A stretch of 64,000 bases of DNA from a bacterium. Lineage in GTDB: Bacteria > Bacillota > Clostridia > Christensenellales > UBA3700. The notes under the pieces were generated by a model. That model worked only from the letters and a program-made list of their open reading frames with translations, was not told the DNA's origin and ran no database searches. The DNA is taken from NCBI GenBank assembly GCA_963592135.1, contig CAVAVP010000021.1, forward strand, positions 40,248 through 104,247, in the 5' to 3' direction. Of this stretch, positions 56,853 through 64,000 are shown one piece after another; the stretch's first letter is position 1; every line of letters begins with the position of its first letter. Made by a program: the position numbers and the translations under genes.

Positions 56853-57768
56853 TTTGCATCTCCTTTTGCTTTTGCATAATTTCATTAAAATGTTTCTCTA
56901 AACTATATTTAACCTCAGATATAAATTTAACATTTAGAGTCTTTAAACTATTAAATAATTCATTAATGTCTTCTTTGGGTAGTGATACTGTAACTTGATT
57001 ATATTCGCTTTGATCTCTTATGATTTTAAACTTAAGTTCTTTGAATTTTTTATAAGATTCTACATCATTAAATTCGATTTTAAAATCTACTACATTTCTA
57101 TTTCTTATTTCATTCATATTAGCAACATCTATTATTTTGCCATCTGAAATTAAAGCGACTCTATCACAAGTCTCCTCCATCTCATTAAACATATGTGATG
57201 ACATAAATATAGTTTTCCCCTTTTTATGCTCCTCACCTATTATTTCCAAGAACGCATCTCTCATTAGTGGGTCAAGGCCTGTTGTTGGCTCATCTAATAT
57301 AATTATTGGTTGGTCGTTCATAAGCGCTGCAACTAATGCTGTTTTTTGTTTCATACCTTTACTCATTCTCTTTAAGTTAGCATGAGGATCTAATTGTAAA
57401 CGTTTAATAAGTTCGTTTGCATAATCAAAAGAATTCATTCCTAAAAATTCAGCTTGGCATTTTAGGAAATTAATACCTGTTTTTAAATCAGGGAACGCAA
57501 TCTCCCCTGGCACATATCCAACAAGTTTTGCTATCTTATCTTGATTTTTCCAAGACTCTAAGCCATTTACATAAGCATTACCTTTGGTTGGTTTAATAAA
57601 TCCTAAAATACTTCTAATAGTAGTTGTTTTACCACTTCCGTTTGTGCCAACAAAACCTATCATCTCCCCTTTGTTTATTACAAGATTTTCATCAAATACA
57701 CCTCTAGAGAAACCATAGTCTTTAGTTAAATCTTTTAGTTCAATTAAACCATTATCTTTAAGTTCCAT
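56839..57768 (-). CDS. ABC transporter ATP-binding protein
   Basis: Walker A GTNGSGKTT, signature MSKGMKQK, Walker B IIILDEPTTGLD. Confidence 0.9.
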   Translation of the reverse strand: MELKDNGLIELKDLTKDYGFSRGVFDENLVINKGEMIGFVGTNGSGKTTTIRSILGFIKPTKGNAYVNGLESWKNQDKIAKLVGYVPGEIAFPDLKTGINFLKCQAEFLGMNSFDYANELIKRLQLDPHANLKRMSKGMKQKTALVAALMNDQPIIILDEPTTGLDPLMRDAFLEIIGEEHKKGKTIFMSSHMFNEMEETCDRVALISDGKIIDVANMNEIRNRNVVDFKIEFNDVESYKKFKELKFKIIRDQSEYNQVTVSLPKEDINELFNSLKTLNVKFISEVKYSLEKHFNEIMQKQKEMQNERY

Positions 57769-58700
57769 TACAATACACCTCCAAAGTTTTTGTCTTCTTT
57801 GTAGAACTTCATGAAATAATCTTCCAAAGTTTCTTTTATATTGTTAAATTCTTTTATTTTAAAATTTGACATAAATGAAACAACATTATTTATATCTTTA
57901 TCATCAGCTTGAACGAATATCTCTTTTTTCTCTTGATTTTCTTTTAGAATATTAATCAAACCAGAATCAATTGTAGTTTTAAAGTTATCATATTCTTCAC
58001 TAGATTCAAATACGATTCTATATTGCTTTAAAGTAGCATGTTTAAGGTCATTTGCAATAAATTCAGATATAATCTTGCCATCTTTGATAATTGCAATTCT
58101 ATCACAAGTTGCATCTACCTCTGAGAATATGTGACTAGAAAGCAAAATAGTCTTGCCTCTATTTTTTTCTTCAACAATGAACTTAATAAATCTTTGTTGC
58201 ATAACCGGATCTAGTCCTGATGTTGGCTCATCTAGTATTAAAACTTCTGGGTCTGACATGAAAGCACATACAATTGCTAATTTTCTTTTAACACCTAAAG
58301 ACATATGCTTTGTATCACCTTTAAGAACATTGTCCTCAAGTTCAAAAAGATTAATCATTTTATCAAGCATTTCCTTATTATGTATTTTGTACATATCTTG
58401 CATCATAGAAATAAATTCATACCCAGTCAAACCTTGAGGTAAAGCTATCTCACCTGGAATATAACCTACATGCGATAATATTTTTGAATAGTCTTTAAAC
58501 GAATCAAAGTCTAGAATCTTTGTGTTACCACTATCTGGTTTAGAAAATCCCATAAGATGTCTTATGGTTGTAGACTTTCCCGCACCATTAGGCCCTAAGA
58601 ATCCAAAAACCTCTCCTTTTTCGATTTTAAAGGAAATGTCAAATACGCCACGCCCCGATCCATAATCCTTAACCAAATTATTAACTTCAATAACGCTCAT
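57768..58700 (-). CDS. ABC transporter ATP-binding protein (second, paralogous)
   Basis: Walker A GPNGAGKST, signature MSLGVKRK, Walker B VLILDEPTSGLD. There is a 1-nt overlap with the next gene. Confidence 0.9.
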   Translation of the reverse strand: MSVIEVNNLVKDYGSGRGVFDISFKIEKGEVFGFLGPNGAGKSTTIRHLMGFSKPDSGNTKILDFDSFKDYSKILSHVGYIPGEIALPQGLTGYEFISMMQDMYKIHNKEMLDKMINLFELEDNVLKGDTKHMSLGVKRKLAIVCAFMSDPEVLILDEPTSGLDPVMQQRFIKFIVEEKNRGKTILLSSHIFSEVDATCDRIAIIKDGKIISEFIANDLKHATLKQYRIVFESSEEYDNFKTTIDSGLINILKENQEKKEIFVQADDKDINNVVSFMSNFKIKEFNNIKETLEDYFMKFYKEDKNFGGVL

Positions 58701-58768
58701 AATAAATTGTCCTTTTTGTACTCACGTTCAATTTCAAACTTGAGTTTGATTTTTTTTAACGAACATAT

Positions 58769-58809
58769 TATAATACTTAATTGTGAAAAATCAATAATCA
58801 ATTTCACAA
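58769..58809 (+). promoter_or_regulatory. Candidate tetR promoter -10 and palindromic operator
   Basis: ATTATAAT (58767-58774) reads as a -10 on both strands. The inverted repeat TTGTGAAA (58781-58788) ... TTTCACAA (58802-58809) encloses AATCAATAATCAA. Confidence 0.5.
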
Positions 58810-58885
58810 AAAGAGATAATCAATCTTCGTATTATAGTTCGATATTGGACAAATATAATAAATTTGATTAAAATTTGGAGGGTTT

Positions 58886-59464
58886 ATGTCTACAACTTAT
58901 AGGAATTCAATTAAAACACACGATTTAATTAGAAAAATTTTTGCCGATTTAGTATCTGAAAAGCAAGATATTACAAAAATTACAGTTAAAGAATTAGTTG
59001 ATAGAGCTGATATATCTAAATCAACTTTTTATTGTCATTATCAGGACATTTTTGCGGTTGCCGAAGAATTTGAACAAGAAATATTATCTCTATTAAATGA
59101 CACACTGAATACTTACATGAAGGAACACCCGGAAGAGTTTGCTCCTTATGTAAAAAAAATAATTGAGCATTTAAAAGAAAATGAGCCACTATATAGAAAA
59201 ATATTAATAACAGATATTCCAATTAGATTCATAACTAAATTAAAACAAATTTGTAATGAAAAAATAAATAAAGATATTCATCTAAATGCTCTTTCATCTG
59301 AGCCTAATTTAAGAATGACCGAAATTGACTTTTTAACAAATGGAATAATCCATTTGTTTGTTGACTATTTTAAAGGTGAAATAAAATTATCTTTAGATGA
59401 AATAGGAGAACTTTGCAGTAAACTACTATATAGATTAGTTCATGAAACTAACTTACAATCATAG
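58886..59464 (+). CDS. TetR/AcrR-family transcriptional regulator
   Basis: N-terminal HTH (ITVKELVDRADISKSTFYCHYQDIF). It is divergent from the ABC exporter. GGAGGG RBS. Confidence 0.85.
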   Translation: MSTTYRNSIKTHDLIRKIFADLVSEKQDITKITVKELVDRADISKSTFYCHYQDIFAVAEEFEQEILSLLNDTLNTYMKEHPEEFAPYVKKIIEHLKENEPLYRKILITDIPIRFITKLKQICNEKINKDIHLNALSSEPNLRMTEIDFLTNGIIHLFVDYFKGEIKLSLDEIGELCSKLLYRLVHETNLQS

Positions 59465-59491
59465 TTTAAAATTTATTTAGTTTTTAATAAA

Positions 59492-60632
59492 TCAGTCTAG
59501 AAGTTCTTTTATTCCAACCTGAATAAAGTTTTCTATGTTTTTTAATCTTTTACCATCCAAGTTATATCTTGGATGTTTTTTAAATTTAAAATTGATTAGT
59601 TTTCTTATTTGTTTCTTTTGAACTTCGCTTATTAGAGGTTTCACAAAACCAACAAAATCATCATAAGAAGTGGATATCTTGTTTTTAATATTCCTTAGCA
59701 TTATTTAATTCATTGTCTAAGGCGTAGTTAAATAAAGATAAACCATTGTCAAATATAGGAGCTGGCTTGCAAATAGTATTTGTTGAATTATCTATTAGCA
59801 ACCCAAAAATTTTCAAAATGCCTATCTATATTACAAATAATAGCATCAAAAACAAACATACTTATAAGAGAATTATAATAATCTTCCCCAAGTTTTTATA
59901 ATATTCTAAAAATTTTTCTATTGTATAATTCTTTATTAATCTACCAATTGGAATATACGAATGATTTATATCGGCAAATAACTCGCACGTAGAACATATA
60001 AAATTCTTCCAATAAGCTAAATTATATTCAATCACTTCTAATCACATTTTTTAGCAATTTGATATGCATAAAACTCTGAATATGATTCCTTGCCTGCATT
60101 AGCAAATCCTGATGTACCTGATTTATATAAATACAATTTTCCATTAATTCTTCTCCATCATTTAGCCAACATCCCATTTCTTGTAAACTCCGGTGAAAAA
60201 ATTAATGTTTTTCTAATATTAGTGCTTCCATAACCGGTAAACGCGACATAAGACAAAATCCTACTTATCCTATGATTAAACAAATTATATTAAAAAAATC
60301 ACCATCAAAATTCTCATCTACAACCCAATACGAATCATTTAAGGAAAGCCCTTTACATATGTTTATTATTGCAATTTTTTCTGTGTAACATATACCAAAT
60401 CTACTTAAAATATTATCAACATATGCTCTATTTGAAGGTATATTTCTATTTTTTAACACATCTCTACACCCTCTCTTGACTGCTCCATATCCAATGGTAG
60501 CAATTTTTCATTTAAAATTTTTAAATTCGAAACATTACATCTACTATCATTATTTTTACTCAAATCAAATATTGCTATTGGTGTATTATATTGCTTTAAG
60601 ATATACATGGTTTGATTATACAAAGTTTTCAT
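59492..60632 (-). pseudogene. Decayed HipA-like Ser/Thr kinase (toxin) gene with multiple frameshifts/stops
   Basis: Fragments on the minus strand in three frames, in order: MKTLYNQTMYILKQYNTPIAIFDL...REGVEMC*; LKNRNIPSNRAYVDNILSRFGI...SLNDSYWV; INGKLYLYKSGTSGFANAGKESYSEFYAYQIAK; MFVFDAIICNIDRHFEN (catalytic DRH..N); FGLLIDNSTNTICKPAPIFDNGLSLFNYALDNELN; and a C-terminal 69-aa ORF. Confidence 0.6.
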
Positions 60633-60722
60633 TTCTTTCTCAATTTAAGATTATTAATTTTCTATATATGGACAAAATTCCTTTTTTATTTTAATATATA
60701 TAATAAATACGGAGGAAGTTAA

Positions 60723-61412
60723 ATGAGAATTCTACTTGTTGAAGATTCTATAAGTTTATGCGAAGCTTTAAAGGCGGTTTTAGAAAGAGAAAAATTCGAA
60801 GTTCAATGTGTTCACGATGGAGATATGGGCCTTGAATATGGTTTAAGTGGAATTTTTGATTTGATTATTCTAGATGTTATGATGCCTAAAAAGAATGGCT
60901 TTGAAGTACTTGAGGAACTTAGAAAAAACAAAATTACTACTCCAATTATCATGCTTACTGCTCTATCTCAAGAATTAAATAAGGTTCAAGGTTTAGACAT
61001 GGGAGCAGATGATTACTTGGCAAAGCCTTTCTCAACTCCTGAACTTCTTGCTAGAATTAGAGCAATTTTAAGAAGAAGAGGTGGAGATGTTTCTTCTGAC
61101 AATACTATGACTTACGGAAACGCTTCATTAAATATTTCTTGCTACGTTTTATCTAATGGTGACAAATCTGTAAAACTTTCAAACAAAGAATGTGAAATTT
61201 TAAGATATATGTTTGAAAGACCAAAACAAGTTGCTGAAAAAGAAGCTCTAATAAATAAAGTTTGGGGATTTGACAATGAATTTGAATCAAATTCATTGGA
61301 AGTTTTTATTTCATTTGTAAGAAAAAAAATAGCATATATTGATGCTAATTTTACAATACAATCTATAAGAGGAGTAGGATATCAACTACAACCTAAAAAT
61401 GAATCCATTTAA
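60723..61412 (+). CDS. OmpR/PhoB-family response regulator
   Basis: ILLVEDS, ILDVMMP, KPF and the winged helix (LEVFISFVRKK...IRGVGYQL). GGAGG RBS. Confidence 0.9.
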   Translation: MRILLVEDSISLCEALKAVLEREKFEVQCVHDGDMGLEYGLSGIFDLIILDVMMPKKNGFEVLEELRKNKITTPIIMLTALSQELNKVQGLDMGADDYLAKPFSTPELLARIRAILRRRGGDVSSDNTMTYGNASLNISCYVLSNGDKSVKLSNKECEILRYMFERPKQVAEKEALINKVWGFDNEFESNSLEVFISFVRKKIAYIDANFTIQSIRGVGYQLQPKNESI

Positions 61413-62619
61413 ACAATTACATGTAAAATTCTTAATAATCCTTATTGTGGCTGTAGGTACACTTCTTGCAGTTACTTTAGGCACAATATTTATTGTTTCC
61501 TACACCACAAGATATCAAGATATTTACAAGCAAGTAGATGATGCTTATCTTTATGCTGCACCATACCCTTCAAATTCAAAATCGAAATATGTTGTTCTTG
61601 AAGATGACACTTTAAAAACCACATATGGACTTGATTTCTTTAATGATTCAGAAAAGAAAAATATTTGTTCATCTTTAACAAATACGTCAATAGAAGATTT
61701 TGATAAATATTATAAACTTTCTATTGGTGATTATTATTTTTGTTATAAAGTAAAGGAATTCGTTAGCGATTCAAACACAAACATGACTGTTTATTGCATG
61801 GTAGAAACAACAGAGCAAGTTAAAGGGCTTTATTCTTTAGGTTCAATACTAATTATTGTATTTGCAGTCGCCATGATATTCATTGCCCTATTAAGTTATT
61901 TCCTAGCAAAGAGCGCCATGCTTCCCGTAAAAGAAGCCTTTGAAAAAGAAAAAGATTTAGTGGCAAATGCTTCTCATGAATTAAAAACTCCACTTACTGT
62001 AGCTAGAACAAATCTAGAACTAGTTGCTTCAGATCCAAATGCAACTATTGCCGAAAACATAAAATGGATAGAATCGGCAAGATACCAAATAGACAGAATG
62101 AATAACCTTATTCTACAAATGCTCGAACTTTCAAAGATGGAAAGACCAGATTATGTAGTACAAAAAAGTGATATTAATATAAGCGATATAATTGAAGGTA
62201 TTTTACTATCTTTTGAAGCAGTCTGCTATGAAAGAAATGTTAGATTCGTATCTGAAATACAACCTGACATAATTTATTCATGCAACCATGTTGAAATGGA
62301 AAAATTAATTACTATTCTTATAGATAATGCCCTAAAATACACTCAATCTGGTGGAGAAATTTGTGTTACTATGGCTAAAACGCTAAAACTCATTTCTATT
62401 AAAGTTACAAACACTGGTGATGGAATTCCACAAGAAAAACTTAGTAAGATATTTGACAGATTCTATAAACTTGATGAATCACATAGAGAATCAGGTAATA
62501 GTTTTGGACTTGGTCTTAGTATTGCAAAATTAATCACAACTTCTATAGGTGGAGATATTAAATGTCTTAGTGAAGTTGGCAAATATACAACATTTGAAAT
62601 TACTTTGCCTATACGTTAA
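61399..62619 (+). CDS. Sensor histidine kinase
   Basis: Two TM helices flank a loop of about 120 aa. H-box ASHELKTPL, N-box LIDNALKYT, DTGDGI, GLGLSIAK. It overlaps the regulator gene. Confidence 0.9.
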   Translation: MNPFKQLHVKFLIILIVAVGTLLAVTLGTIFIVSYTTRYQDIYKQVDDAYLYAAPYPSNSKSKYVVLEDDTLKTTYGLDFFNDSEKKNICSSLTNTSIEDFDKYYKLSIGDYYFCYKVKEFVSDSNTNMTVYCMVETTEQVKGLYSLGSILIIVFAVAMIFIALLSYFLAKSAMLPVKEAFEKEKDLVANASHELKTPLTVARTNLELVASDPNATIAENIKWIESARYQIDRMNNLILQMLELSKMERPDYVVQKSDINISDIIEGILLSFEAVCYERNVRFVSEIQPDIIYSCNHVEMEKLITILIDNALKYTQSGGEICVTMAKTLKLISIKVTNTGDGIPQEKLSKIFDRFYKLDESHRESGNSFGLGLSIAKLITTSIGGDIKCLSEVGKYTTFEITLPIR

Positions 62620-63356
62620 TCCTTATTATAAAGCTTTTTAGCCCGAATAGTCATTTCACCATTCTCTTCATAAACAACAATGTCTTCTAGTTGTAAACCT
62701 GGTGCTCCATTTTTTTGAGCTTCTATAATAAATGTATCTATGCTTTTAGATCTTTTTGGATATATAAACGTTATTTTTTTAGGCTCTAGCTTATATTTTT
62801 TTAAAGAAAAAATAACTTCAGCCATTCTTTCTGACTTGTGTATCATGTAAAACTTCCCTGAATACTTTAATATTTCTGATGCTGATTTACAAATACCATC
62901 TAAATCACAAGTAGACTCTGTTCTAGATAAAGAAATTTCTTTATTTAAAGATTTTTGCCCCGTGCTTTCTTTAAAATATGGAGGATTACAAACTACCACT
63001 TTTACAGATTCTTTTCCCAAAACTTTACTTGCATTTTTTATATCGTCATTTATAATTGTAATTTTATCTTGAAGTTCATTTAATTCAACATTTCGTCTCG
63101 CAAGATTGGCTGCACTTTCTTGAATTTCAATACCTATTGCTTTTTTTGCATTAGTCTTTACAAGTGCAAGTATAGCTATAACGCCTGTTCCTGTACCAAA
63201 ATCGACAATAGTGTCTAAGGAGGTTGCTCTTACTAAATTAGCAAGAAGCACAGTATCAGATGAAAAACAATATAAGTCCTTATCTTGTATTATATGCAAA
63301 TCTTTGTATTGTAAATCGTCTAATCTTTCATTGTCTTTTAATATTACTTCTTTCAT
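62616..63356 (-). CDS. SAM-dependent methyltransferase, tRNA1(Val) (adenine37-N6)-methyltransferase (TrmN6/YfiC)-like
   Basis: SAM motif I (IVDFGTGTGVIA) and the NPPYF catalytic motif. Confidence 0.8.
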   Translation of the reverse strand: MKEVILKDNERLDDLQYKDLHIIQDKDLYCFSSDTVLLANLVRATSLDTIVDFGTGTGVIAILALVKTNAKKAIGIEIQESAANLARRNVELNELQDKITIINDDIKNASKVLGKESVKVVVCNPPYFKESTGQKSLNKEISLSRTESTCDLDGICKSASEILKYSGKFYMIHKSERMAEVIFSLKKYKLEPKKITFIYPKRSKSIDTFIIEAQKNGAPGLQLEDIVVYEENGEMTIRAKKLYNKD

Positions 63357-63417
63357 AACTCTATTATTTTAACATAGATTGAAAATTATAAGGAAATTTT
63401 TATTACATTTTCTTTGT

Positions 63418-63446
63418 TTGACAATTACTAAAATGCATTTTATAAT
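63418..63446 (+). promoter_or_regulatory. Consensus sigma-A promoter of the tRNA-Arg gene
   Basis: TTGACA (63418-63423), exactly 17 nt, TATAAT (63441-63446). The tRNA begins 14 nt downstream. Confidence 0.75.
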
Positions 63447-63460
63447 AATTCAAGAATTAT

Positions 63461-63538
63461 GGTTCATTAGCTCAGTTGGATTAGAGCGTTGCGCTACGGA
63501 CGCAAAGGTCGGGGGTTCGAGTCCCTCATGGATCACCA
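63461..63538 (+). tRNA. tRNA-Arg (anticodon ACG), CCA encoded
   Basis: Cloverleaf folded by hand: acceptor GGTTCAT/ATGGATC, D stem GCTC/GAGC, anticodon stem TTGCG/CGCAA with loop CT-ACG-GA, 5-nt variable loop, T arm GGGGG-TTCGAGT-CCCTC, discriminator A, then CCA. Confidence 0.9.
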
Positions 63539-63546
63539 CCTAAATT

Positions 63547-63586
63547 AAAGAAGTCGCAATTTATGTGCGACTTCTTTGCTTTTTTC
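63547..63586. terminator. Bidirectional terminator after tRNA-Arg and after the FtsX permease gene
   Basis: AAAGAAGTCGCA (63547-63558) pairs with TGCGACTTCTTT (63566-63577), followed by GCTTTTTT. Confidence 0.7.
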
Positions 63587-63598
63587 TATATAAAGTCA

Positions 63599-64000
63599 TT
63601 ATTCTGCCTTTAGCGAAGAAACCATATCTATTTTTTTAACTTTCAATGATGTCAACCAACTCATGATGAAACTTACTACTAAAGATAACACTATACTAAT
63701 AACGTAAACATACCAATCACACACTACTGTTAATTCATATTCACTCGCTAACATTTTATATAGGAACTTTAAAGTTAGATATCCTGCTGGACAACCTAAT
63801 ACTACACCTATTACACTTAACCATATATTTTGAGATATTAAAATCCAACCTATAACCTTATCTTTAAAACCTAGAACTTTTAAAGTTGCCAACTCTCTAT
63901 ATCTTTCAATAAACGTCATACTTCCAAGATTATACAAAACCACAAAAGCAAGTACAAGCGAGAATATAACCAAAACAACAATCATCATATTCATTATCTC
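63599..64000 (-). CDS. FtsX-family ABC transporter permease, C-terminal part (gene continues beyond the window)
   Basis: FIERYRELATLKVLGF... followed by three TM helices is the canonical FtsX C-terminal module. The frame stays open to the window edge. Confidence 0.8.
   Translation of the reverse strand, partial: EIMNMMIVVLVIFSLVLAFVVLYNLGSMTFIERYRELATLKVLGFKDKVIGWILISQNIWLSVIGVVLGCPAGYLTLKFLYKMLASEYELTVVCDWYVYVISIVLSLVVSFIMSWLTSLKVKKIDMVSSLKAE

Noticed and set aside
60476-60694. 72-aa plus-strand ORF upstream of the second response regulator
   Set aside because: It overlaps the reconstructed N-terminal domain of the HipA-like pseudogene on the other strand. Its hydrophobic, Tyr-rich composition is typical of antisense AT-rich DNA.
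1-64000. Alternative genetic code (TGA = Trp, Mycoplasma-type), considered because of the low GC and the tail-anchored giants
   Set aside because: TGA is used as a genuine stop (for example at 54433-54435, with a coupled ATGA restart). All Trp in the long ORFs are TGG, and the ORFs stay intact under code 11.
1-64000. CRISPR arrays, prophage, IS elements, integrons, DGR or known defence systems
   Set aside because: There are no regularly spaced direct repeats, and no transposase, integrase, reverse transcriptase, restriction or nuclease-helicase genes. The only accessory-type remnants are the HipA-like pseudogene and the HTH fragment.

Overview
This is a low-GC (about 30% by eye) chromosomal segment that uses the standard genetic code: TGA serves as a stop and Trp is TGG. 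The gene content fits a Bacillota/Mycoplasmatota-type anaerobe. I saw no rRNA, CRISPR array, transposase, integrase or phage genes.

Gene content from left to right:
- End of potA plus potBCD (spermidine/putrescine ABC importer).
- A DEAD-box helicase, divergent from an SDR reductase.
- Two N-terminally anchored surface proteins: a BspA-type LRR protein and a GH28-like beta-helix protein.
- Two flavoproteins.
- The dominant feature: a 21.8-kb minus-strand operon (12760-34558) with three giant surface proteins (about 3128, 2024 and 1920 aa) and a 180-aa lipoprotein. The genes are translationally coupled. An OmpR-type two-component system and two small membrane proteins, one with zinc ribbons, lie immediately upstream (34843-38247).
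- A plus-strand operon: alpha/beta-hydrolase-like protein, lepB, an untracked 58-aa Cys4 ORF, an ACT/DUF711 pair and rlmB.
- A minus-strand run: class-III aminotransferase, FGGY kinase, two class-II aldolase paralogs, mini-RNase III and a SigH-like sigma factor.
- A membrane-embedded M28 peptidase.
- An operon of SCP2-like protein, two Fe-ADH paralogs, queH and DUF975.
- An ABC exporter (two ATPases plus one permease) with a divergent TetR regulator.
- A decayed HipA-like kinase pseudogene, a second two-component system, a tRNA methyltransferase, tRNA-Arg(ACG) and the end of an FtsX-type permease.

The best candidate for something undescribed is the giant-protein locus. An N-terminally lipid-anchored 3128-aa protein has a core of about 2000 aa with no domain I can recognise. 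It is co-encoded with two C-terminally tail-anchored GLUG/MBG-like giants that have no LPXTG motif, and no sortase or dedicated secretion gene is nearby. Phased TTTTTGTAAAAT repeats sit between the locus and the adjacent response regulator/kinase genes.

All family assignments come from motif recognition by eye. No database search was run.
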